Virus record (IMG/VR): IMGVR_UViG_3300009285_001861
From: an uncultured virus (IMG/VR IMGVR_UViG_3300009285_001861)
Lineage: Duplodnaviria > Heunggongvirae > Uroviricota > Caudoviricetes
DNA length: 64,000 nt
Strand: one strand, 5' to 3'
A model generated the notes under the pieces. It was not told where the DNA came from. It saw only the letters and a program-made list of their open reading frames with translations, and made no database searches. A program made the translations under genes and the position numbers. Shown here in pieces: positions 50,835 to 60,684 of this stretch (the first letter of the stretch is position 1; every line of letters begins with the position of its first letter).

Positions 50835-50915
50835 CTGAGGAGGGCAGGAAGCCTATTTTTTCCAATCCCTCTTGCGAGGGAGTTATTGTAGAAGGAAGGC
50901 TTCCTATGGCCTCAG
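50835..50915 (-). ncRNA. Structured RNA repeat, copy 3
   Basis: CTGAGG-CCAT-AGGAAGCCT-TCCTTCTA...AGGCTTCCT-GCCCTCC-TCAG. Confidence 0.7.
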
Positions 50916-50929
50916 CGAGAATTGGTGGG

Positions 50930-51130
50930 CTAGGCAGCCGTGGGAGCTTCAGGAGCAGCTGCCGGTGCGGCCACTGCGACCTTGAGGTTTGCATACCCCT
51001 GGTACTGACTCGTCAGGGCCTGTGTGGCCTGTGCCTTGGTGGTCTCATCCGTGGATTCAGTTGCGATCTGCTTGAGGGTTGCTTCCAGGTGCTGGATGCG
51101 ACGGGCCTGATTTACCTTCGATGCACTCAT
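50930..51130 (-). CDS. Small hypothetical protein between RNA repeats
   Basis: 66-aa ORF MSASKV... Confidence 0.55.
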   Translation of the reverse strand: MSASKVNQARRIQHLEATLKQIATESTDETTKAQATQALTSQYQGYANLKVAVAAPAAAPEAPTAA

Positions 51131-51183
51131 TGTCTTGGTACCTTGGGTTAGATGGTCAATTGGTTGCTGGTTACGGGAAAACG

Positions 51184-51258
51184 TCCGGGATGGCGAGGAG
51201 GCTAATTTTGCAATTCTCCCTTGCGGGAGATTAGAAGGAAGCCACCTCATGGCCCGGA
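51184..51258 (-). ncRNA. Structured RNA repeat, copy 2
   Basis: TCCGGG-CCAT-GAGGTGGCT-TCCTTCTA...AGCCTCCTC-GCCATCC-CGGA. Confidence 0.7.
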
Positions 51259-51268
51259 AACAAACATA

Positions 51269-51332
51269 GCGCGGAAGGCGTGGGGTCTAGTTCGTGAAAT
51301 GAGTTTAGAAGGAAGACCCTACATGGCCGCGC
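51269..51332 (-). ncRNA. Structured RNA repeat, copy 1
   Basis: GCGCGG-CCAT-GTAGGGTCT-TCCTTCTA...AGACCCCAC-GCCTTCC-GCGC. Confidence 0.7.
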
Positions 51333-51340
51333 CGATTATC

Positions 51341-53593
51341 TTACGCTGGAATCAACTCCAGGAGGTTGTCTATCGAATAGACCTTCGTGAAGACAGTATC
51401 CACTGTGGGCTTCTGCAACCCGATGTACACACTGTACACGTCTTTACTCTTGCTGGCGGGTCTCTGGCTGAGCAAATCGACCAGATACTGTACCGTGAGG
51501 TACTTTCGGTCTACCATTGCCTTGGCGAGGAGACCAGCACTGACCCGATTTTGTTCAACCCGATTGAAATTGGCCATCCCCTTCATGTACAGGTGAAGCC
51601 ACTTCCCGACCCATTCCCCGCGGTCATTGCGCATGAACACCAGCGGGAGAGCAATCTGTCCCTTGCCACGAAGGTCTGACTTCACGCGAACCGTGCTGGC
51701 CTCAAAAGGCTTCCCCTTCTGTTCCTTGGTGCGCTCCATGAAGCCAAAGAATGCCTCTTCTGCCTCATCATAGCTATTACCCGAGAACACATTGACCTGA
51801 GGGACAATGTATTGGCAGTCGGCCTTCTCAAGGTCCACGTCAATGAACTCTGAAGCTCCATTGGGGGCACTGGTAATGTCCCCGCTATGGGTCATAAACC
51901 CTCCGAACCCACCACGGAGGTCGGTCCAGGAGCACTGACTCAGGGCCTGGAAACTCTTGTCCAGGGTGAACACGCTCAGATCATAGTCCGTACGCTCGGT
52001 AGCTTCCTTCCAGTAGACAAAGAATCGCAGGAGCCCCCTGGGGACTGGCATCACTGAACCACGGGGCAGGATCCCAAACCCATCGGACTTGTTCTTCTCA
52101 GACAGCGGGAGCGCAATTCCGAGAGCTGCGGTCTCCACAAACAGGCTAGTGACATCCGGGAGACGACGTAGGATCTCCGCGTCAAAAATACGGTTGAATG
52201 CCTCCACGGTATCCTGGCTGAGGGGCTGGCGGTCCTCTGCCTCCACCCAGGCCTTGCCCTTGCTGTTGGTGAAGATACGAACGGTTCCTGCCACAATGCG
52301 GTTCTGGAGGTGTTCCCGCACAGACAGGATCACCCGACCGGAGACCTTCTCGATCACATCCCGGACCTTGAGCAGTAGGTATCCCGTAGGCATGCCTTCA
52401 TGCGGACCGGACTCCACGTCCGAAGCCACAACCAGCAATCGATCCAGGTTCCGGAACAGCATCCCGGGAGCCGTTGCCAAAAGGTCAATGGCCCCAAACA
52501 CATCCTTCTTGGATAGTGCCAGTTCCACTTTGCCAGCCAGCGAGGCAGCCTTCTTGTCTCCACGGGCCACCGCAAAAACATCCCTACCTGGGCCCTTGAA
52601 CTCGTGGGGGTGGACTCGTTCCCCAAGGCGCTTCCACACCTCGGCATGCTTGTTGACATCGGCAAGCTTCCACTCGGCATTCTGAACCACCTCATCGAGG
52701 GCACGCATCAGGTTACGCCGAATGGGGCGGCTCATTGACTTGAACTTCGTGGGCTTTTCCAGGGTCTCATCACCCCCAGAGATGATGCAGGCTAGACGGA
52801 GGACATCGATCACCGTGTCTACCAAGATGGACTGGTTGTTCTCAATGCGAGCCTTGTTGATGATGGCCCGGTTCTCACGAATTGGAATGCTAACCGGTTG
52901 CTCCTCGTATAGACAGAGCTGTGCCACATCCTTGAGCAAGGCCCTGTCACCGTCACTCAGGGGCACCTTGGAGCCAGCAAGCATGTGGTACAGGGTAACA
53001 GACTCCTCCAACAGGGACCCGCCCAAATGGAGCACTGTGAGCTTCCTGACCGAATCTGGGATGAATTCTTCCTGGTTTGCTACCATTTCCTCATAGGAAT
53101 GGAGGTACCTCCCGTAACCGGGGAGGCTCAAGAGATTGACATACTCTTGGTACCCAACAGGGAACTTGGCGGTATGCCCTGCAAACAATGCCTCATAGGA
53201 GCGGATGTCTTGGACGCCTAGACCCTTCTGGTTGAGTCTTGCGTCTACAAGGCAGGCCATCCAAAATTCCTTGGTGTCAGGAACGTTCTCGGGGAAGTTC
53301 TTGAAGTAGACGTTGTGTTTGACATGATCCCCAACCATCTCCTGAGCAATCGTGAGAAGCTGGGCAGACATCCCCACAACGTCTTCCGTCCGCTGGGACG
53401 CAAGGTACGTGAACAAATCTCCGGAAAGCTTGAAGCCAATGGAGATCAGGGCACAGTCGAGCTGGCGAGTGATGGCTGCCCCCACCAGTTGATTGGTCCC
53501 ACTTGTGAGGATGGCAAAAGCCGGAACCCGCTTGGTACGGGTGACAATTGTCTTGAATTGATCAACACCTGACGGTGACTTGGTGGTGGGCAT
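51341..53593 (-). CDS. 750-aa protein with helical N-terminal region and C-terminal TerD-like domain
   Basis: WKRLGERVHPHE, PGMLFRNLDRLL; C-terminal DYDLS...HSGDITSAPNGASEFIDVDL. Confidence 0.7.
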   Translation of the reverse strand: MPTTKSPSGVDQFKTIVTRTKRVPAFAILTSGTNQLVGAAITRQLDCALISIGFKLSGDLFTYLASQRTEDVVGMSAQLLTIAQEMVGDHVKHNVYFKNFPENVPDTKEFWMACLVDARLNQKGLGVQDIRSYEALFAGHTAKFPVGYQEYVNLLSLPGYGRYLHSYEEMVANQEEFIPDSVRKLTVLHLGGSLLEESVTLYHMLAGSKVPLSDGDRALLKDVAQLCLYEEQPVSIPIRENRAIINKARIENNQSILVDTVIDVLRLACIISGGDETLEKPTKFKSMSRPIRRNLMRALDEVVQNAEWKLADVNKHAEVWKRLGERVHPHEFKGPGRDVFAVARGDKKAASLAGKVELALSKKDVFGAIDLLATAPGMLFRNLDRLLVVASDVESGPHEGMPTGYLLLKVRDVIEKVSGRVILSVREHLQNRIVAGTVRIFTNSKGKAWVEAEDRQPLSQDTVEAFNRIFDAEILRRLPDVTSLFVETAALGIALPLSEKNKSDGFGILPRGSVMPVPRGLLRFFVYWKEATERTDYDLSVFTLDKSFQALSQCSWTDLRGGFGGFMTHSGDITSAPNGASEFIDVDLEKADCQYIVPQVNVFSGNSYDEAEEAFFGFMERTKEQKGKPFEASTVRVKSDLRGKGQIALPLVFMRNDRGEWVGKWLHLYMKGMANFNRVEQNRVSAGLLAKAMVDRKYLTVQYLVDLLSQRPASKSKDVYSVYIGLQKPTVDTVFTKVYSIDNLLELIPA

Positions 53594-53638
53594 GACCTGT
53601 TTACACTTTCGGTTGCATCTTGGATGGGAAATCGTACC

Positions 53639-54631
53639 CTAGTGAGTTGACTTCACGACCGACCGGATTGCTGCATAGTATTGGCCCAGCATGGTCTTGA
53701 ACTTACCTGAGGCATCCAACTTGGCCTGGATGGTGGCGAACATGTTGTCGTAGTTGAAGGCGTAGTCCCGATAGGCAGTCAGGAGGCGCTCCGGCTCCAT
53801 GGAGTCCTGATCCCTGCCATCCATCACATGAACCCCCATTCCCTCGGGGACCATCCCTGGAACCCCACCACTAAAGGCATACAGGACAGGGAGTCCACAG
53901 CTCAATGCCTGGGGGACCGTCTTGGGAGCAGCATCCCTGTAAGTCAGGTTGAGGAATCCATGGCACCTATTTAGCCACTCGGCTATGCTCTTGGGGTCTT
54001 CGAGATACCCAATAGGGCGCACATTCTTGGGTAGGTGCCCGAGAACTGTGGGGCAGGTTCCAATGAGCAGGATGTCCACTTCTGGAACCAGTCTGGCAAA
54101 CCCGAGAACCGAGCCCAGTCGCTTCTCGGAACGTGCCCAATTCGAGGCACAAGCGGCGAAAGTGAAGCGTCGCTCAAAACGCCTACTCTCCGTATTCTGG
54201 TAGTTGAAGACCTTGGGGTCCACCCAATGGTGGATGACCTGATGGGACTTCAGGGTCCCAATATGGTTATCTGCGCAGCCATTCAAGTTGCAGCGGCAAC
54301 TAAAAGTCTCCATGCTGTAGTCGGAGATGAAGATGACCTCATCAGACTGTTTGGCAGCTTCCACATAGGGGACATTGCGCTCCCGCAACCCGTCCTGCCA
54401 GAACATCCCGTCCATCCGTTTCACACGGGGGGCGTTTAGCTCAAGGGCATGCTTTGGGTAGATGTCATTGGTGAAGATGACCTGAGCCCTCTTGGGGTCC
54501 TCCACCCACATGCAATCGTAGGCATCGGCGTTTTCCCTCAGGTACCGGACCACGTCATTCTCGATGGGGCCCCCGTTGCCACGGTGCTCGGGACGCTCGG
54601 ACGAGTTGGAACAATCGTAGATGGTCAACAT
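53639..54631 (-). CDS. GT-B glycosyltransferase (family 4-like)
   Basis: VIFISDYS, EKR, DAAPKTVPQALSCGLPVL..SGGVP. Confidence 0.8.
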   Translation of the reverse strand: MLTIYDCSNSSERPEHRGNGGPIENDVVRYLRENADAYDCMWVEDPKRAQVIFTNDIYPKHALELNAPRVKRMDGMFWQDGLRERNVPYVEAAKQSDEVIFISDYSMETFSCRCNLNGCADNHIGTLKSHQVIHHWVDPKVFNYQNTESRRFERRFTFAACASNWARSEKRLGSVLGFARLVPEVDILLIGTCPTVLGHLPKNVRPIGYLEDPKSIAEWLNRCHGFLNLTYRDAAPKTVPQALSCGLPVLYAFSGGVPGMVPEGMGVHVMDGRDQDSMEPERLLTAYRDYAFNYDNMFATIQAKLDASGKFKTMLGQYYAAIRSVVKSTH

Positions 54632-54634
54632 TGG

Positions 54635-55615
54635 TCAAACTCCAATTACGGGCAGACGAATCCGCTTGGTGGGTGCCTCAGAGGCAGGGGTTTCCTCATA
54701 GTCGGGAGCCATAAGTTCCCTGAACTTGTTGAGAAAATCAATGCACACATCTAGGCAGTTGCGACTACAGATGGGGTCCGCATGAATGTCATGGCCCTTC
54801 AGCCAATTGATGCGTTCCTCCCGCATCTGTGGGCTCACCCGGCCGATGGGTTCCCCCTGCTCTCGCATGTAGATGACACACGGGAAGTGGAAGGGGCCCG
54901 CAACCACACAATCGTCCCAAGCAAGGTGGCAGCGGTTCGCATCCCCTGCTTGGAGGCCACGGACATTCCGACCCGCCTTGAGGTTGTTGACCCGATACTT
55001 GAGAATCGGGTGTGCGTCCAGGATCTCTTCAGGGATACCCAACACACCCTCCAGGGTTTCATTAAACTGGGCGGCCGAGATGATTCGGATGTCCGCCACC
55101 CCAAGGTTGTGGGCAAACAGAACCGTATCCTTCAGCTGGGCGAGGTTGTCCTGGTTCAGGACCACCCCCACGGTCACGTAGGTCTTGGAGGACAGGTACC
55201 GAATGCTCTCCACGATCCGGTCGAATTTTCCCTTGACCCCAGCCATCTTGTCGGCATCTTCAGCGCAACAAGCGTCCAGGGATACCGAGAAGTCATTGGC
55301 CCCTGCCGCCAGGAGCTTGTCGTACAGGGACTGCGGTGCTGACCCGTTCGTGGAGATGGCAATACGTTCCACCCCACGGGCCTTGCAGTAGGCGACCAGT
55401 TCTACCAGCCCCTTGTAGACGGTTGGCTCACCACCCGAGAACCGGACGTTCTTGAGCCCATGGGGCTCCCCTGCCTTGGACTCGATCTGGTCGTAGTTGA
55501 AGGATGCCTTGCGGTCACCGTCCACAAATGACGCATACACGCCATGTTCGGTGGCCAGGGTGGCAAGAGAATGGGCAAGCAGGTATTCTTGAACGAGCAA
55601 CTTGGAGGGGTTCAT
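54635..55615 (-). CDS. Radical SAM-fold protein lacking CxxxCxxC; apparent chimeric N-terminus
   Basis: FSGGEPT, ISTNG, SVSLD and C-terminal Cys cluster present; cluster-binding triad absent. Confidence 0.7.
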   Translation of the reverse strand: MNPSKLLVQEYLLAHSLATLATEHGVYASFVDGDRKASFNYDQIESKAGEPHGLKNVRFSGGEPTVYKGLVELVAYCKARGVERIAISTNGSAPQSLYDKLLAAGANDFSVSLDACCAEDADKMAGVKGKFDRIVESIRYLSSKTYVTVGVVLNQDNLAQLKDTVLFAHNLGVADIRIISAAQFNETLEGVLGIPEEILDAHPILKYRVNNLKAGRNVRGLQAGDANRCHLAWDDCVVAGPFHFPCVIYMREQGEPIGRVSPQMREERINWLKGHDIHADPICSRNCLDVCIDFLNKFRELMAPDYEETPASEAPTKRIRLPVIGV

Positions 55616-56445
55616 GGTCTTGTTACGCCTTGGGGGAAGGAAGTGAGAATGGCATGTTCTCCTCGTTGTCGTTCTGCTTTGCAATGGCTGCACGCAGTTC
55701 GGGCTCGAAGTGGTCCCCCCGCCATGAATTCACCCCGAAGGCCACCCCTTCCGTGTCCAGGTGATCTACGGCCAGCACCGCACAGCATCCCTGCTCGTCG
55801 AAGACCGTGGCGATGAACTCCCGTCCCTCAACATCCTTCCCGCCCAGGAAGCGCACGGCGTAGAAGGGGGCACCACCAACCCCGTTGCGATGTCTTACGA
55901 TCTCGTGAACCTTGGCTACAACATTCTTCATGGTTTCCTCACAACGCTTTCGTGACCAGTCCGGCGTGATACATTGTCATGGCTGCATCGAGTGCCTTCC
56001 CAGCTGCCTCGTGAGCCGTCATGAGGGAACGGAACCGCTCCCGCCTCACATCACTGATCACCATGCCTTCGACGGCATCCTCGGCAATCACGAACGCACA
56101 CGCCGCAAGCGCCTCACGCGCATCCCGCCACGTCTTCTTGACCATTTCATACTCGATTTCAGTCATGGGATTCACCTTCCAGCTTGTTCGGATTCAGCGA
56201 GCTTCTCACATCTCCCAGGCATGGCCAGGACCCTCGGCCCAACCGCGATCCTCCAGCGGACAGGGGCCACCCCCAGGAAAGCCATGGCCAGGGGCATCAC
56301 ACATCGAGCAACAGCGCGGCTCTTCGTAGCGTGCCTCCAGGGCATCCATGACACGATCCACCTCGGGATCCATGCAGCGACCGTCCTGGTGGCCGTAGTC
56401 AACCGCTTCTTGAGAGTGAACCATGGGGAACCTGCCTTCAATACC

Positions 56446-56472
56446 CTATCGGCACGAGAACCCAACTTTTTA
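56446..56472 (-). promoter_or_regulatory. sigma28-like promoter
   Basis: TAAA-N15-GCCGATAG before ORF 56206-56424. Confidence 0.65.
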
Positions 56473-57521
56473 GGGAAATCGGTCAAGGGCCCCTACCTAG
56501 CCCCCAGTCTATCGAGCCGGGCATGCTCCTGTGACATCGCTTCCCGAAGGGCGTCTGCATATTTATCAAACCTAGCATGCTCAATAAAAGCGGTGACAGG
56601 CCTCAGGGACCCAACAGCCCCCTTCCAGCACACAAGCCACGGGCAACGATTGTCTGCATATCGCTTGCCAGTGTCGGTTCCGTCGAAGGTGATCGAAAAG
56701 TCCCCAAAAGCCACACGGCCCCCGTTGCCTATGACCATACTTGCGGGGGGTGCTTTTTCCCATACTTCTGGCTGGCAGCAAGGGGCTGCGTACGTGCAGA
56801 GGAGCTTGCGTTTGCGACTCATGTGGTACCAGCCGAACCCACACCTGTAGGCTCATCCATCATCGTGAGCGTTGTCCCGCCACTACAGGAAACGACGCAC
56901 CAGATCCTCCCCTGGGGGGCAGGTTCATGTAGTGCTCTCGCCACGTTGGGGTTGACCTCCGCAAGGAACCGGGCGCATTCCTGGCGGCTCATGGTCAAGA
57001 TGAGGGTGGGCCGCTTGCCCCCACGTTCAATTTGGGCAAGGTCCTGGGGGGCTGATGGCATCTGCTGGGCAGCAACCGCCGCTAAAGCTTGGCCAATCAG
57101 ATCGTTTGCATCTACGATCAGGACCACGGAATCCGCAGAGGGCTTCGCTCGAAGCCACCCTAATAACCTCGCCAATTCCTTGTTGTACTTGAACAGGTGA
57201 AACCGATCCCGCAAGGAGGAGTCTACACCACCCTGCCGCCGTCGTTCCTTCCGGTTCATGCCCGCACCTGATGGCTTGGCACGACATACGAGGTACCATC
57301 CCATTCGCTGTATTCCTCAGCGGCTGCAATCACTCGCACACATTTGTTGATCGCCCATGCGATGCTCCCCACAGTTTCCTGGTCGCTGCCCTCCCCGAGG
57401 GCCGTGCGGCAGATGTGCACCTGTTCGAGGTCGCCAGCCGTAGTTGCTTCGGTCAAGAGTTGGCGGATTTGGCCGGATGTGACGGTCGCGGTCGTTGTGG
57501 TCATGTCGTATCCTCTACCCC

Positions 57522-57548
57522 CTATCGGCACGGCAAGGCTACTTTTTA
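57522..57548 (-). promoter_or_regulatory. sigma28-like promoter
   Basis: TAAA-N15-GCCGATAG before ORF 57256-57504. Confidence 0.65.
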
Positions 57549-58240
57549 GTGAAAACGGCAGCCTCCACGAACCCACACCCCTCACACTCAACCACAGATG
57601 CCCCGTCGAACCGCGGGCTGTTCTGGTAGGGCATCCTGGCCCGGCTGTCACACTCGGGGCATCGCAGGCACCCGTACTGGTTAGCCTCCAGGTTGTCCAT
57701 GTCCACCACCCCCGAGTCCCGGGTGACTTGGGGGGTGACTTGAGGGGTCGCTGCCTCAATGGCACGGACAATTCCCCGACGAAGTCTGCATCCCTGACAT
57801 GAGGGGTCGTCACCCCCCAGGTGGTAGTCGTAGTGGCGGTGGAGGCCACACTCAACCAGGGTGTTGGCGATGTCGAATGGGTTGTTGTTAGCCATGACTT
57901 TGAACTTCGTGGGAGAACTTGGCATCCCCCGGTAGGATTGGTCGAAGTCTGGCCTCCGTTTCCCAGATATCCCTACAGAAGAACAAGCAGGTCGTGTAGT
58001 CCTGGTCCTCGTGGACCACAGGCACCCGACAAAGACGTGTTGGTGCTGTCATGTGCTGGGTTACTCTCTTGAGGAGTGCAAGTTCGCTTCCTTCCAGGTC
58101 CCCCTGTGGCCCAATTCTAGCCATTCGAGGTATGCCTTGGCCTCATTTTCTCTCAACAGATCTGGAAAATAAGCAATGAAGGCTGCCCCATGGGGAGGTT
58201 CATGATGGGATGACCACGATTCCACTGACTGCAAAAGACA

Positions 58241-58311
58241 CGTCCCTGGCCAGAATTGAACTGGCATCCGAAGAGTGAGGATCTTCGATCCGACCATTAG
58301 AAGACAGGGAC
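58241..58311 (-). tRNA. tRNA-Glu(CTC)
   Basis: GAAGA-TCCTCAC-TCTTC (C33). Confidence 0.85.
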
Positions 58312-58315
58312 CTAG

Positions 58316-58388
58316 CACCCCCAACGGAATTCGAATCCGTGTTACCACCGTGACAGGATGGCGTCCTAGACCACTGAACGATAGGGGT
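58316..58388 (-). tRNA. tRNA-Asp(GTC)
   Basis: CCATC-CTGTCAC-GGTGG; G73. Confidence 0.9.
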
Positions 58389-58403
58389 ATATCACCTTAA
58401 AGG

Positions 58404-58483
58404 TGGTGCCTGTGGGGGGATTTGAACCCCAAAACCTTTGCAGAGTGAAAATCTGCTGTCCTAACCAACTAGACGACACAGGC
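58404..58483 (-). tRNA. tRNA-Glu(TTC)
   Basis: GCAGA-TTTTCAC-TCTGC; CCA. Confidence 0.9.
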
Positions 58484-58514
58484 AGGCAACGAGACGGAAA
58501 CCGATATACGCACC

Positions 58515-58571
58515 TTATGTGCGTTCGGAATCCGATTCGCGCTCTCGCTCTGATGTCGTGTAGGAGTTCAT
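58515..58571 (-). CDS. Putative Glu/Asp-sensing leader MNSYTTSERERESDSERT
   Basis: GAG, GAG, GAA, GAT, GAA; stop at apex of ACGCAC/GTGCGT hairpin. Confidence 0.78.
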   Translation of the reverse strand: MNSYTTSERERESDSERT

Positions 58572-58589
58572 GGTCGTAGTCTAGGCGAC

Positions 58590-58617
58590 AGTATAGGGAG
58601 GAAAACGAAGCTGTCAA
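58590..58617 (-). promoter_or_regulatory. sigma70-type promoter of Glu-Asp-Glu operon
   Basis: TTGACA-N16-TATACT. Confidence 0.78.
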
Positions 58618-59352
58618 GGGGCTGTCAGGGGCCACAACACTGGGCTGTGGCGCAAGGCAATGTAATGCCAGTTCTCAAGCCAACTCCGGTGGATAGGGAT
58701 CCTCGACCGGGTCCAGCCATCCATCACGTACACCCAAGGTTGCCAAGAATGCCTGCCCTTGGGGAACACCGCCAACATCATCCCGTTCTTGGCACAGTGG
58801 GAGTCTTCCAGGGAATCTTTGACGACCTGTCTGGCCCTCTTGGATGTCCTGACTCGCTTGAAGGTCGGAGATGAGTCCCCGCCGGGATCGAACATGATGA
58901 GGTACATGCTAGGGCTCGATATTGACGGAGGCGTCTAGATGGGTTGGGGAGGGGATTGTGGGTCTCCGCTGATTGCATGTGGCTAGTCCCATCGCAAGGG
59001 GCAACACAATTCCTCCAATGAAGGCCACCCAAATACCAACTTTGGTTAGTCTCTTCACACGCTGCCCCAAGGCATCGTTGCTCCGAATGGCCTCTTTGAG
59101 AGTTCCTGATAGGTCCAGGAGGCACGCCTGAGTGTCCTGTAGGACCTGTTTCGTTTCTGTTGCGATTTGTACCTGTGCAGCCAACTTCCCAACCTCTCCA
59201 GTCGATAGATTGCCTGCTGCTTGTTTTAGGATCTCCTCAGGGGAAAGCAGCTTGCCCGATGTGGGGTTGGTGAACTGATCAATAATAGAACGTCCCATTT
59301 GGAATCCGGGGTGTGGGTCGGACCACTAGCTTGGCTATTAACCCGACAGGGT

Positions 59353-60438
59353 ATGTTCCCACTATACACCCCTGAAGCGTTCCAGGCAGCAAAATCTTTC
59401 ACCTTACTACCCCTGAAGTGTCAACAGTGCCCCACCACCATCTATCGGACCAAGAAGGCTCTTAAGTACGCAATCCTGAAAGGCAAGGAGAAATTCTTTT
59501 GCCCCAAGTGCCTTCCCCAATCCCAGGTGTCATCCATCGAGGTAGCCTGCCTGACTTGCGGGGTCAAGTTCTTGAAGCGGGCATCCCAATGTAAGAAAAC
59601 CCCCAATCACTTTTGTAGTCGGTCCTGTGCAGTGAAGACCAACAATGTCAAGACCCCCAAGAGGAAGGTTGAGGGCTCCTGTCGAACCTGTCAGAAGCCT
59701 ACACATACCAAAGACCGGTATTGCTCGGATTCCTGTAAGGAGGTGGCCCGTCAAATCTGGGAGGCGGAACGGGAGCTAGAGTGGCAGAAGCCCCCCGTCA
59801 AGGTCAAGGGACCCCGTAAGCCTAGGGCGAGTAGTGGATACAAGAAGATTGGAAGGTCCCCAGCACAAAAGCGGGAGGACGGGAAGGCAGGGGTTGTGGC
59901 CTGGAGGCAACGCACCAAGCTCAAAGCCATTGAGTACAAGGGAGGATGCTGCCAAACATGCGGGTACCGGAAATGTGTATGGGCTCTCTCTTTCCACCAT
60001 GTGGACCCCTCACAGAAGGACTTTGGCATTGGTGGTCGGAATCTTAAGTCCTGGGCCCGTATTCAGGTGGAGTTGGACAAGTGTGTCCTAATTTGTAGTA
60101 ACTGTCATGCAGAAGTCCATGATGCCCTGGACAGCACCCCTGATGCTAAGGCCCATTGGAGGAAACGCCTCAAGATTAAGGCCATTGAGTACAAAGGAGG
60201 TCATTGTTGCCTTTGCGGGTACCACAACTGCAACAGGGCATTGAGTTTTCACCATTTGGACCCGTCCCAAAAGGACTTCAACATCTCCAGGGTTAGTAGA
60301 ACCTGGGAAAGCATACAACCGGAGTTGGATAAGTGTGTCCTACTCTGCATGAACTGCCATGGGGAAGTTCATGCTGGCACTGCTATTTTAGACTCGATGG
60401 TAGACCGTACTGGAATCGAACCAGTTTCTACGGGTTAA
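59353..60438 (+). CDS. Free-standing homing endonuclease with two tandem HNH domains
   Basis: Two copies of KAIEYKGG.C..CGY...LSFHH.DPSQKDF...ELDKCVL.C.NCH.EVH; N-terminal FCSRSC/YCSDSC zinc fingers. Confidence 0.9.
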   Translation: MFPLYTPEAFQAAKSFTLLPLKCQQCPTTIYRTKKALKYAILKGKEKFFCPKCLPQSQVSSIEVACLTCGVKFLKRASQCKKTPNHFCSRSCAVKTNNVKTPKRKVEGSCRTCQKPTHTKDRYCSDSCKEVARQIWEAERELEWQKPPVKVKGPRKPRASSGYKKIGRSPAQKREDGKAGVVAWRQRTKLKAIEYKGGCCQTCGYRKCVWALSFHHVDPSQKDFGIGGRNLKSWARIQVELDKCVLICSNCHAEVHDALDSTPDAKAHWRKRLKIKAIEYKGGHCCLCGYHNCNRALSFHHLDPSQKDFNISRVSRTWESIQPELDKCVLLCMNCHGEVHAGTAILDSMVDRTGIEPVSTG

Positions 60439-60472
60439 AAGCCACGCTGCCCAACCAATAGGCCAACGGTCC
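60398..60472 (-). tRNA. tRNA-Lys(TTT)
   Basis: Loop CTTTTAA; bulged anticodon stem; CCA. Confidence 0.82.
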
Positions 60473-60523
60473 TCAATTGGAGGCGTCGGCGGGTTTGAGT
60501 CGAAGTGAGAAGGAAAACGTCAT
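60473..60523 (-). CDS. Putative internal leader MTFSFSLRLKPADASN before tRNA-Lys(TTT)
   Basis: GAGGT RBS; AAA codon within CTCAA/TTGAG stem; stop abuts tRNA +1. Confidence 0.5.
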   Translation of the reverse strand: MTFSFSLRLKPADASN

Positions 60524-60534
60524 TTGGACCTCAG

Positions 60535-60608
60535 CTCCGTGGGCAGGGATCGCACCTGCTCAATAGGCAGTTTAACAAACTGCTGCCGTCCTATTTGGCT
60601 ACCACGGA
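60535..60608 (-). tRNA. tRNA-Asn(GTT)
   Basis: GCAGT-TTGTTAA-ACTGC; G73; atypical T loop TGCGATC. Confidence 0.85.
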
Positions 60609-60633
60609 AAACACGAATGCACGGCTGCCAACG

Positions 60634-60684
60634 CTAGGCGTTGGCGTTCCGATTCAGTGTTCCAGGTTTCAAGAGGGCGTACAT
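60634..60684 (-). CDS. Putative Asn/Lys-sensing leader MYALLKPGTLNRNANA
   Basis: AAA, AAT, AAC, AAC; stop at apex of GCCAACGC/GCGTTGGC hairpin. Confidence 0.72.
   Translation of the reverse strand: MYALLKPGTLNRNANA

Larger units (their letters stand above)
55623..58200 (-). other. Array of ~8 small hypothetical genes
   Basis: Tiled minus-strand ORFs, two behind sigma28-like promoters. Confidence 0.5.

Noticed and set aside
50835..51332. Triple repeat as a CRISPR array or terminators
   Set aside because: Copies conserve structure rather than sequence, spacing is irregular, and there are no U tracts after the stems.
55912..56850. 312-aa plus-strand ORF and similar long antisense ORFs (e.g. 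44995-45681, 24424-25044)
   Set aside because: Shadow frames of tiled minus-strand genes in GC-rich DNA; no motifs.
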